Below are positions 17,690-26,476 of a stretch of 64,000 nucleotides of DNA, one piece after another; position 1 is the stretch's first letter; every line of letters begins with the position of its first letter. The DNA comes from an uncultured Gammaproteobacteria bacterium (GTDB taxonomy: Bacteria > Patescibacteriota > Microgenomatia > Levybacterales > UBA12049), in contig CAZILC010000005.1 in NCBI GenBank assembly GCA_964540055.1, positions 5,597-69,596 of the forward strand. Direction: 5' to 3'. The position numbers were made by a program, and so were the translations under genes. Below the pieces are notes generated by a model. It made no database searches and was not told where the DNA came from. It saw only the letters and a program-made list of their open reading frames with translations.

Positions 17690-18544
17690 CTAGGGCATTA
17701 TGGAGCTAAATATCAATAAAAGAGAGAAAATAGTAATAATTACTAATGAAAAGAAAAACATTTTTCTCGCCCATTTTTTATCATCAGAAACACGAAAACC
17801 TCGGAATGAAAGAATAAACCACATAACTCCCAAAGTAAACATTACAACTAAGTAAACATATCCGGTAAAATGAAAAATCGAAAGAGAATTAGCGGCAACA
17901 ATAAATGCAAGAATATAAAGTGACATTTGTTCTTTGGTTTTTGCAATTCCTTTTACAAGTGGCAAAACGGGGATGGATGCAGCATCGTAATCGTTTTCTC
18001 GAAAGATTGCGATTGCATAAAAATGCGGCATTTGCCAGAAAACGAGAATCAAAAATAATAACAATGCTGCCAAATCAAAATTATTTGTAACTGCACAATA
18101 ACCGGCAACAGGTGGTACTGCTCCTGAAATACTACCAATAAGTGTACCATGCACTGTCATCCGTTTTCCGAAGGTATAAAAAAATACATAAAAAATAAAT
18201 CCAACAAATCCGATAAAAGCTGCAAGATAATTTGTGTATAAAAGAAGCAAAGAAAATCCGATTATACCAAGAACCAAACCGTAAATAAGTGCATTCATCG
18301 AAGTTATACTATTGGTAACAAGTGCTCTTTTTTTTGTGCGGTCCATTTTTGCATCAATCTTCCGGTCAAAATAATTATTAAATACGCAAGCACTGGCGAT
18401 CACCAATCCTAAACCGAAAACTAATCCAAAAAGCATAGAAATGGAAATATTTCCTTTTGCGGCGAGAAAAAATCCGCCAATTGCGGTCAAAACATTACTA
18501 TAAATTATTCCCGGTTTGGTGAGATAATAATATGCTTTTATCAA
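17690..18544 (-). CDS. cyoE: protoheme IX farnesyltransferase (heme O synthase)
   Basis: UbiA-fold: YYYLTKPGIIYSNVLTAIGGF..., NNYFDRKIDAKMDRTKKR, and a second Asp-rich region. It lies at the distal end of the cyo operon. Apparent TTG start. Confidence 0.9.
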   Translation of the reverse strand: MIKAYYYLTKPGIIYSNVLTAIGGFFLAAKGNISISMLFGLVFGLGLVIASACVFNNYFDRKIDAKMDRTKKRALVTNSITSMNALIYGLVLGIIGFSLLLLYTNYLAAFIGFVGFIFYVFFYTFGKRMTVHGTLIGSISGAVPPVAGYCAVTNNFDLAALLLFLILVFWQMPHFYAIAIFRENDYDAASIPVLPLVKGIAKTKEQMSLYILAFIVAANSLSIFHFTGYVYLVVMFTLGVMWFILSFRGFRVSDDKKWARKMFFFSLVIITIFSLLLIFSSIMP

Positions 18545-18554
18545 TGCAAAAAAA

Positions 18555-18917
18555 TTAGAAACCCTCCCCGTATTTCATTAAATTATTAAATTGCACAAGA
18601 CTCATATTATAATTCAAATGTGTCATAATCCAAATAGACGAAACAACTACTATGAGAACTACACTGATAAATGAGACAAACATAAATGATTTCCAACGGG
18701 GTTTTGCCTCTTGTCCCAAGTGTAGGAAAAATAGAAGTTGCACAATCATCTGAGCAAAAGCGAGTAATATAATAAATATAATGATGGGCAAATGAGAATC
18801 AACTTTATGATCCGAATTAACCTGCATCTGCACTGGAAAATATGCAGCCAGTGTCAGAACTATTGAGAGGACAAAACCAATTATGTACGATTTTAATAAT
18901 CCTTTGTGATATTTCAT
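18555..18917 (-). CDS. cyoD: cytochrome o-type quinol oxidase subunit IV
   Basis: 120 aa with 3 TM helices, located between cyoC and cyoE. Confidence 0.8.
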   Translation of the reverse strand: MKYHKGLLKSYIIGFVLSIVLTLAAYFPVQMQVNSDHKVDSHLPIIIFIILLAFAQMIVQLLFFLHLGQEAKPRWKSFMFVSFISVVLIVVVSSIWIMTHLNYNMSLVQFNNLMKYGEGF

Positions 18918-18918
18918 A

Positions 18919-19524
18919 TTATAAAACTCCCATTAAATAAACGATCGTAAAAATGAAAATCCATACAATATCCAAAAAATGCCAGAAAAGACTGAGAAGT
19001 GTAAGCTTTCGGACAATATTTTTGGTCAGACCTTTTTTTGCAACAAAAACTAAACAAACAAACATCCATAATAAACCCGAGGTAATATGAATTCCATGCG
19101 TACCAACGAGGGTAAAAAATGACGAAAGAAAAGCGCTTCGAGTGAATCCGTTTCCTTCAGAGAATAATTTTGTAAACTCGCTTAATTCCAATCCTAAAAA
19201 GGCAAGTCCTAATAAAAAGGTAATACCAAACCATATGAGCACATGCTTTTTTGAGTTTTCATGAGCCGCTAGCATTCCTAATCCTGATGTAAAACTACTT
19301 ACAAGAAGTATCATTGTTTCGGTCAGAGCAAAGGGGAGATTAAAAAGTTCATGGGTACCTGGTCCGTTATACACATTGCCATGAAGAACAGAGTAAGTCG
19401 CAAAAAGTACAGCAAACATCAAAAGGTCAGTCATCAGATAGACCCAAAAACCAAAGACAGTCTTATCGAATGCTGTCTCTTCTATTTGTTCTTTTGTAGG
19501 ATGGGAATTTGTTGCTAATGACAT
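18919..19524 (-). CDS. cyoC: cytochrome o-type quinol oxidase subunit III
   Basis: 201 aa with 5 TM helices; ...FWVYLMTDLLMFAVLFATY..., GTHGIHITSGLLWM, FWHFLDIVWIF. Confidence 0.9.
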   Translation of the reverse strand: MSLATNSHPTKEQIEETAFDKTVFGFWVYLMTDLLMFAVLFATYSVLHGNVYNGPGTHELFNLPFALTETMILLVSSFTSGLGMLAAHENSKKHVLIWFGITFLLGLAFLGLELSEFTKLFSEGNGFTRSAFLSSFFTLVGTHGIHITSGLLWMFVCLVFVAKKGLTKNIVRKLTLLSLFWHFLDIVWIFIFTIVYLMGVL

Positions 19525-19549
19525 ATTTTTTAAACTTAAAACGGAAATC

Positions 19550-21553
19550 TCATCGGCTTCTCAACTTTTTTTCTATTTTTTCAACTTCTGCAGCCGGCAA
19601 AATATATTCACTATGATCATCAAAGCCACGAATAAATGCACAAGTTATGGCACCAAATAATCCAATCAATGCAAATAAAATTGCATGAAATGTCATAGCA
19701 ACTCCTAATAGAAAAATAAATCCGGATATATATATGCCCATCGGCGTATTTTTGGGCAATTCCAAATCATGATATTTTATTGGCTCATGTGTTTTACCTT
19801 TCTTTTTCGCTTCCCACCATGCATCACGACTGTCAACTTGTGGAATGACCGCGTAATTATAAAAAGGTGGAGGAGACGTTGTAGACCATTCAAGCGTATG
19901 TCCATTCCATGGATCGCCACCTGTCGTATCTCGAAGTTCTTTTTGTTTATAAATACTCCATACCAATTGGACAATCTGTAGAAAAACAGCCAGTGCGATA
20001 ATACAAATGCCAATTAATGAAACGATAAAAAGCGGTTGCCAGCCTGTTGAGGCATCGTAGTGATCAAGACGCCTGGTCGCGCCCATAAATCCCAGAATAT
20101 AAAGAGGAATAAATGCAAGCCAAAATCCGACAAGCCACGTCCAGAATGCATATTTGCCAAGCCGCTCATGGAGTTTGAAACCGGTAAATTTTGGGAACCA
20201 ATAGACAAATCCTGCGAAAATGCCAAAAAGCGCACCCCCGACAATCGTTGAATGAAAATGCGCAACGAGAAACAAACTATTATGCACTTGATAATCAATT
20301 GGAGGAATTCCCATTAAAATACCTGATAGTCCTCCAAATGTAAATGTTGCAACCATTCCATAAAACCAATAAATCGGTGAGGCGAAAATAATTTTACCTC
20401 TAAACATAGTTGTCAGCCAGTTAATTATTTGCAGTCCTGTTGGTATGGCGATAAATTCTGTCATAATACCAAAAAACGAATTGACATCGGCTCCTGCTCC
20501 CATGGTGAAAAAATGATGCAGCCAAACAGCAAAGGAAAGTAGTGTAATTCCTCCGGCAGCTATAACGAGCGAGGTATACCCAAAAATTTTCTTTTGCGAA
20601 AATACCGAGACAATCTCTGAATAAATACCAAATGCAGGAATAATTAAAACATATACTTCCGGGTGTCCCCACATCCAGATAAGATTCCAATACATCATTT
20701 GATTACCACCGCCATCAAGGGTAAAAAAATGCATTCCGAAAAAGCGATCAAGCGTGAGAAGCGCAATGGTCATTGCAAGAATTGGAAAAATAGTAATGAC
20801 GAGAATCATACTCATAAGTGAAGTCCAGGTAAACAATGGCATTTTCATAAGCGACATACCAGGAGCACGCATTTTAAGAATTGTCACAACAAAATTAATC
20901 CCGCCAATTAACGTGCCAAGACCTGAAACTTGCAGGCTCCACGCCCAATAATCCACACCGACACCTGGATGGAATGCGAGTTCAGAAAGCGGCGCTACGG
21001 ATAACCAACCAGTAGCAGCAAACTCACCACCCAAAACAAAAAACATATTGATTAACAACACTCCAGCAAAATAGAGCCAAAAACCTAAAGAATTTAAGAA
21101 AGGAAACGCAAGATCACGTGCGCCAATCTGTAACGGAACAACGAGATTTATCAAACCAAACAAGAAACCCATGGTAACAAAAAAGACCATGATATCTCCG
21201 TGAGCTGTAAAAATCTGCTGCAGATGATCTGCACTCAGATAGCCATGCTGAGCTCCTAGGAAGCCTGGCATATTGCTAGCACCAAGTGCCTGCTGCAACC
21301 AAATCATCAGCGCATCAAGACCGCCACGAAGGAACATAAAGAATGCGACTGCTATATACATAACACCGATTTTTTTAGGATCAGTTGTCGTAAGCCATGT
21401 GTTCCAAAGCCATTTCCAGCGTTTGATATAGGTAAGTAAAGCTGCAACAATAATAACTAAAACGACAAAAAAACCCGTTCCGCCGATAGTGAACCACTCG
21501 TGAGGTAAATCATTCCATGTAAGTTTTCCTAATATAAAATATTTCCAATCCAT
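19550..21553 (-). CDS. cyoB: heme-copper quinol oxidase subunit I
   Basis: 667 aa. Carries WGHPEVYVLIIPAFG (CuB His plus cross-linked Tyr), WLHHFFTMGAG (CuB His pair) and VAHFHSTIVGG (heme ligands). Confidence 0.95.
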   Translation of the reverse strand: MDWKYFILGKLTWNDLPHEWFTIGGTGFFVVLVIIVAALLTYIKRWKWLWNTWLTTTDPKKIGVMYIAVAFFMFLRGGLDALMIWLQQALGASNMPGFLGAQHGYLSADHLQQIFTAHGDIMVFFVTMGFLFGLINLVVPLQIGARDLAFPFLNSLGFWLYFAGVLLINMFFVLGGEFAATGWLSVAPLSELAFHPGVGVDYWAWSLQVSGLGTLIGGINFVVTILKMRAPGMSLMKMPLFTWTSLMSMILVITIFPILAMTIALLTLDRFFGMHFFTLDGGGNQMMYWNLIWMWGHPEVYVLIIPAFGIYSEIVSVFSQKKIFGYTSLVIAAGGITLLSFAVWLHHFFTMGAGADVNSFFGIMTEFIAIPTGLQIINWLTTMFRGKIIFASPIYWFYGMVATFTFGGLSGILMGIPPIDYQVHNSLFLVAHFHSTIVGGALFGIFAGFVYWFPKFTGFKLHERLGKYAFWTWLVGFWLAFIPLYILGFMGATRRLDHYDASTGWQPLFIVSLIGICIIALAVFLQIVQLVWSIYKQKELRDTTGGDPWNGHTLEWSTTSPPPFYNYAVIPQVDSRDAWWEAKKKGKTHEPIKYHDLELPKNTPMGIYISGFIFLLGVAMTFHAILFALIGLFGAITCAFIRGFDDHSEYILPAAEVEKIEKKLRSR

Positions 21554-21554
21554 C

Positions 21555-22469
21555 TTACATCCCCTCCATCTTCGACATAGAATCCGTGTCTGTTTGGCCC
21601 GTTTTCTTAGGTTTTGCCATATAATACATAACTATTGTAGAGAAGAGATGATCCGGTGTCGATGAGTATTCTGTACGTGTTTTGTTCACTTGCGGTTTGG
21701 CAAGTTGATTGAAAGCATCCATGGTAAGTTTATTGCGTGATTTTTGGGTATGTGAGACCCAAGTTGTAAAATCTGTTTGAGACACTGATTTTGCGTCAAA
21801 TATCATATCTGCATAGCCTTCACCATTAATTTCACTAGATGCACCTCGATATTCTCCGATACTGTCTGAGATAAGATGTGTTTGCGTGGCCATGCCGGAC
21901 ATCGCGTAAATCTGTCCACCAAGCTGTGGAATCCAAAAAGACGTCATTGGTGTATCAAAAGCAGTTATTTCAAACACAACAGGTGTCTTTTCAGGAAACT
22001 CTACATAATTCATCGAAGCAATTCCATACTGAGGATAAACAAATAACCATTTCCAACGAAGCGAAAATACCTGAACGATCAGTGGTTTTTTATTTGAATC
22101 TATCGGCACATGGGGATCCAATTTATGGGCACCTATCCAAACCAATCCGGATAAAAGTAACATGATAATTGTAAGAAATCCCCAATAGAAAATTTGTAAT
22201 CCTTTTTGCTCATTCCAATCGGGTTGATAGGAAGCATTTTTATTATTGGCATGGTATCTCGTTCCGACAAAAAACGCAAAGATAAAAACAGGTATTACCC
22301 CAAGCATCATTAAGGCAACTGATAATAAGATAAGATCAAGCTCCTGATGAGCGATCAATCCAGCAGGATTGAGGACTTGCACATTTTTTCCGCTGATGAG
22401 GATCTTAATCAGTAGAAAAATATCAAGAGAAACAAAAAGAACAACGATGAATCTGAACAGCTTTTTCAT
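21555..22469 (-). CDS. cyoA: quinol oxidase subunit II (no CuA site)
   Basis: Two N-terminal TM helices plus a cupredoxin domain. The protein contains no cysteine at all, so a CuA centre is impossible, which indicates the quinol-oxidising type. ATG 22469 is preferred over the GTG at 22472. Confidence 0.9.
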   Translation of the reverse strand: MKKLFRFIVVLFVSLDIFLLIKILISGKNVQVLNPAGLIAHQELDLILLSVALMMLGVIPVFIFAFFVGTRYHANNKNASYQPDWNEQKGLQIFYWGFLTIIMLLLSGLVWIGAHKLDPHVPIDSNKKPLIVQVFSLRWKWLFVYPQYGIASMNYVEFPEKTPVVFEITAFDTPMTSFWIPQLGGQIYAMSGMATQTHLISDSIGEYRGASSEINGEGYADMIFDAKSVSQTDFTTWVSHTQKSRNKLTMDAFNQLAKPQVNKTRTEYSSTPDHLFSTIVMYYMAKPKKTGQTDTDSMSKMEGM

Positions 22470-22551
22470 CACGCAACGCTACATAAATAGTATAGAGGTA
22501 AAATGATCAGATGGTCAAATGGTTTTATGCTTTATATATTATAATAAGTCA

Positions 22552-23610
22552 ATGAATACAGCTCAAACCGATTTTAAAAAGTATTTACAAAATTCAGCGA
22601 AGGAAATTGAAAAAGAATTACTACACATTGCCACATTGTGGAAGAGGGAAAATGAAACGGAACTTTTAGAAGTAAATGCATTAACGAAACGCCTTACCGA
22701 CAGCTGGATTGGTGGAAAAATGTTACGAGGAACACTTGTTAAAATGGGTTTTGAATTGGCAACTAATAAACCTTCTGTTTCAATAATAAAACCTGCTGCT
22801 GCTTTTGAAGTTCTTCACACATCCTTACTTATTCATGATGACATTATCGATAAAAGCCCGCAAAGACGCGGTAAACCCGCTATGCACGTGCATCAGAATG
22901 ACCATTATGGCATATCGCAGGCAATTTGTTTGGGAGATATTGGAATATCACTGAGCGGAAAGCTTATTTCAGAAAGTAATTTCCCGGAACAGAGAAAAAA
23001 CAAGGCACTTACTTATTTTTTCGAAGTCATTAATAACACGCTTCTGGGTGAAATGATGGATGTGGCTAGTGCACAAAAAATGCAACGAACTGAAAAAGAA
23101 GTTCTCACAATTCATATGATGAAAACAGCAAATTACACGTTTGTCGGCCCATTAACTTTTGGCGCGATACTTGCCGGTGCTACGGAGGATTTACTATCCA
23201 AACTCCAACGCTTTGCTGAACCGCTGGGTATCGCTTATCAAATTCGAGACGACATTTTGGGAATATTTGGAAATGAAAAAAAGATTGGTAAATCAACACT
23301 ATCTGACATAGAAGAAAACAAGAGTACATTACTAATCACATTTGCCCTCAAACATGCGAATCAACAACAAAAAAAACTTTTAACTCTTTACTATGGCAAA
23401 AAGGGGATTACAACCAAAGAGCATGAAATAGTTAAAAAAATATTTATGGAAACCGGTGCGTTACGTTATTCACAAAATCACTTAACAAAACTATCCCAAC
23501 AAGCAGAGGCAATAATCTCATCACTAACTGGTGAAGAGCAACTAAAAGAATTACTAAAGCAGCTTGCCAACTCAATTTCTATTCCCTATTCCCAAATCCC
23601 TATTCCCTAA
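22552..23610 (+). CDS. polyprenyl diphosphate synthase (trans-isoprenyl diphosphate synthase family)
   Basis: First Asp-rich motif LLIHDDIIDKS; second motif YQIRDDILGIFG. TATAAT at 22540-22545 lies 6 nt before ATG 22552, which favours this start over the track's 22519. Confidence 0.88.
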   Translation: MNTAQTDFKKYLQNSAKEIEKELLHIATLWKRENETELLEVNALTKRLTDSWIGGKMLRGTLVKMGFELATNKPSVSIIKPAAAFEVLHTSLLIHDDIIDKSPQRRGKPAMHVHQNDHYGISQAICLGDIGISLSGKLISESNFPEQRKNKALTYFFEVINNTLLGEMMDVASAQKMQRTEKEVLTIHMMKTANYTFVGPLTFGAILAGATEDLLSKLQRFAEPLGIAYQIRDDILGIFGNEKKIGKSTLSDIEENKSTLLITFALKHANQQQKKLLTLYYGKKGITTKEHEIVKKIFMETGALRYSQNHLTKLSQQAEAIISSLTGEEQLKELLKQLANSISIPYSQIPIP

Positions 23611-23624
23611 TATATACTATTTAT

Positions 23625-24944
23625 ATGGACAAAGTGCTGCCCGCTTTTTTTGCGCCCGTTAATATCCTTTTTTATGCTATCGTCATCTTTATTATTTATC
23701 ATCTTCTCGTAAAAAAATCTCCGCATCATCTGAGTCAGGAAGAAAAACATGTCGTAGTAGTCGGAGGAGGATTTGCAGGAATCGGTGCAATAATCAAATT
23801 ACGAAAAAAACTCTATGGAGTACCTCACAAAATTACGCTGATTGATAAAAATACCTATCATCTGTTTACCCCGTCATTATACGAACTTGCAACGTCTGAA
23901 GAACCTAAAAAAAATGTCGCGATTCCATTTTCTAAAATATTTTCAAATGGTATTTCGATGGTTCACGAAACCGTTAAAACTATTGATCCGACGACAAACA
24001 CACTCATTCTCAATGACAAATCTACCATTACATACGATTATTTGATTCTCACAGCAGGCAGTCAACCGGCCTTTATGGGTATCCCGGGACTTGAAAAATA
24101 TGGTACCGGATTCAAAACATTAACCGATGCAATGATCATCAAAGACAAAATTAAGAATTTATGCTGTAAAGACGGAAAGTGCAATAGAAAAGTACAAGTT
24201 GTCATCGGCGGTGGAGGATTTGCCGGCTCGGAATTAGCCGCAGAACTTTTAACATATAAAGATCGAATCGCACAACAGCATGGTTTGGATAAAAATTGCC
24301 TGGAAATGACAATCATACAAGGGAGTGATCATTTATTAAACGATCTGGATCCTCGCGTTTCGCACATCGCTGAACATCGGCTTGATGAACCGAATGTGCA
24401 CTTTGCCTTTGGGGGACATATCAAAGAAGTCACGAAAACTGAAGTACGCACAGACAATGGAAAATCTTTTCCCTATGAAATCCTTATTTGGACCGGAGGT
24501 GTTGAACCAAATAGTCTTGCAAAATCCAATAATTTGCCCGTGACACATAGAGGGGGACTGATTGTAAACAACTATCTTCAGGTGAAAGGATTTGATAATA
24601 TTTTTGCGGCCGGAGACATTGCTGCATATGTTAATCCCGAAACTCAAAGACCCGCGCCAAATGTCGCGCAAGTTGCTGAAGAACAGGGAGCAACGGCAGG
24701 TGAAAATGTTGCTGCCATGATTACAAATGAAACAATAAAACCATATCGCTTCCGTCATTGGGGCTACGTCGTTCCTCTCAAAGGCTATTTCGCAGCTGCA
24801 GAATTAATTTATAAAATCCGATTGACAGGTTTTGTAGGTTGGATACTGCAGCAACTCGTTCTGTTACGCTATCTCTTCGGTATTCTTCCTTGGTATAAAG
24901 CACTCAGCCGCTTTGACACGTTCGAAATGGATATGGAGAAATAA
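23625..24944 (+). CDS. ndh: type II NADH:quinone oxidoreductase (NDH-2)
   Basis: Two Rossmann GxGxxG motifs (VVVVGGGFAGIG; VVIGGGGFAGSE), GDIAAY, and N- and C-terminal hydrophobic segments. TATACT lies 6 nt before the ATG. Confidence 0.88.
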   Translation: MDKVLPAFFAPVNILFYAIVIFIIYHLLVKKSPHHLSQEEKHVVVVGGGFAGIGAIIKLRKKLYGVPHKITLIDKNTYHLFTPSLYELATSEEPKKNVAIPFSKIFSNGISMVHETVKTIDPTTNTLILNDKSTITYDYLILTAGSQPAFMGIPGLEKYGTGFKTLTDAMIIKDKIKNLCCKDGKCNRKVQVVIGGGGFAGSELAAELLTYKDRIAQQHGLDKNCLEMTIIQGSDHLLNDLDPRVSHIAEHRLDEPNVHFAFGGHIKEVTKTEVRTDNGKSFPYEILIWTGGVEPNSLAKSNNLPVTHRGGLIVNNYLQVKGFDNIFAAGDIAAYVNPETQRPAPNVAQVAEEQGATAGENVAAMITNETIKPYRFRHWGYVVPLKGYFAAAELIYKIRLTGFVGWILQQLVLLRYLFGILPWYKALSRFDTFEMDMEK

Positions 24945-25676
24945 TTAGTGGAAGCGAATTATGAGCGCCGCAATTGTTCCTAGTGTATAGGTTAAACCGG
25001 TATAGAAAATAACCGGATACTGCAAATAATTCTTCCTTACTCTAAACCACAACACATCAGCAATTAGCATAAGAATTACTGAATAGACAAGACCCACAAG
25101 CACTGGATCGTAAGCGGCATACGCAAAAATTGCAAAAGCATAGATAACTGCATTGATAACAGTTATCGCAACATCTTTTTTGCGATAGGTAAGATTTGGA
25201 TTAATTTTTTCGGCCAGTACATATGCCAGTACCATAAAAAGGCCACCAAGAAAATAAAATATATTGCCAGTATAATACGTATTAAAAAACTGACCATTAC
25301 AAAATGTGCCGGTGAGTGATTTGACATTGCAGTATTGATTGAGTGTAAAACTTGCCATTTCATGAAGTCCGTTTCCTGTTGCATAAAAATATACTCCACC
25401 TACAAAAAGAACCAGTATCCAGACAAATTTCTTGTTAACAAATAATTTCAGCATGTCACTTGTGTAATAAAGAATAAAAAAGGGAATAAGTACTGTAATT
25501 AAAATAATGGTGGTCATCTGAAATGCCTCATGAAGTCTGAGAAAATTATACGGTTGAAGAAGCACTTTTGTGGTAAAGGAAAACCGTTCAATCGTCACAA
25601 GAATGACCGAAAGAGAAGCCAAACTAAAAAGGATATTAAGCTTATGCATACTTAACCTATACAGCAAAAGAAACAC
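24945..25676 (-). CDS. hypothetical polytopic membrane protein
   Basis: 243 aa with about 7 TM helices. I recognise no family. Confidence 0.55.
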   Translation of the reverse strand: MFLLLYRLSMHKLNILFSLASLSVILVTIERFSFTTKVLLQPYNFLRLHEAFQMTTIILITVLIPFFILYYTSDMLKLFVNKKFVWILVLFVGGVYFYATGNGLHEMASFTLNQYCNVKSLTGTFCNGQFFNTYYTGNIFYFLGGLFMVLAYVLAEKINPNLTYRKKDVAITVINAVIYAFAIFAYAAYDPVLVGLVYSVILMLIADVLWFRVRKNYLQYPVIFYTGLTYTLGTIAALIIRFH

Positions 25677-25711
25677 TCCGTCAAGAGTTTAAGAATGGTA
25701 AAATAGAACCT

Positions 25712-26047
25712 ATGACTGATGAAGCATTTGAAGAAATAGTTAGACAAACAATTAACTCTCTTCCTGAACAATTCTTGTCCCAACTTGATAATCTAGAAAT
25801 TGTCATAGAAGAGCAACCGCCAAATCCTTCACTTTTAGGTTTATATCGAGGAATTCCAAAAACCGGCAGAGGAATTGGGTATTTTGCCCTTCCTGATAAA
25901 ATTATCATTTATAAAGAATCACTTTTACGGATATCACGAAATGAAGAAGAGGCGAAAAAGAATATCAGAAATACAGTACTTCATGAAATTGGCCATCATT
26001 TTGGCTTGTCCGATGAGGAATTGTATAAACTCAAAAATATTACTTGA
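25712..26047 (+). CDS. small zincin-like metallopeptidase family protein (DUF1025/Zincin_1 type)
   Basis: VLHEIGHHFGLSDEEL (HExxH) in a 111-aa protein. TGgTAAAAT lies 7 nt before the ATG. Confidence 0.78.
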   Translation: MTDEAFEEIVRQTINSLPEQFLSQLDNLEIVIEEQPPNPSLLGLYRGIPKTGRGIGYFALPDKIIIYKESLLRISRNEEEAKKNIRNTVLHEIGHHFGLSDEELYKLKNIT

Positions 26048-26420
26048 TCTTTGCATTTGCAAAAAATAATTTTATCTTTTCAACATCTTTTTGCATTTGA
26101 GCAACAAGTTCTTCTACTGAATCAAATTTCTTATTGCCACGAATTTTGCTGAATAATCGAACTGTCAGCCATTTCCCGTAAAGATTGCCGTCAAAGTCAA
26201 ATAGATAACTTTCTACCTGAATCTGTGTTTGCATAAATGTCTTAGCGGATCCGACAAATGTCGCTGCATTAAAAATCTTTCCGTTTATCGAAACTTGTGC
26301 CGCATAAATTCCTTCAGGAATTTTTTTATGCAAGCGCATATTTGCCGTCGGGAAGCCTAACGTTCTCCCGCGCTGGTCTCCTTGCACAACTCTTCCGCTA
26401 ACTTTAAATAATTCTTGCAT
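26040..26420 (-). CDS. stand-alone riboflavin kinase (RibF C-terminal-domain type, no FAD synthetase domain)
   Basis: GRVVQGDQRGRTLGFPTANM...EGIYAA...L.VESYLFDFDGNLYG...V.....IR...KF.S.EEL. ATG 26420 with TGcTATACT 11 nt upstream; the track's TTG at 26441 lies inside that promoter. Confidence 0.82.
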   Translation of the reverse strand: MQELFKVSGRVVQGDQRGRTLGFPTANMRLHKKIPEGIYAAQVSINGKIFNAATFVGSAKTFMQTQIQVESYLFDFDGNLYGKWLTVRLFSKIRGNKKFDSVEELVAQMQKDVEKIKLFFANAKIK

Positions 26421-26476
26421 TTGTTGTGTAAAGTATAGCAAATTAATTATTTGAATAGTGTTATAATAATCCTTAT

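Noticed and set aside
19769-22165. Multiple 60-95-aa ORFs on both strands inside cyoB and cyoA. Similar nested ORFs occur inside otsA, the RND pump, the helicase and the kinase genes.
   Set aside because: All are nested within long, motif-supported genes and have no promoter or SD context of their own. They are treated as frame shadows.
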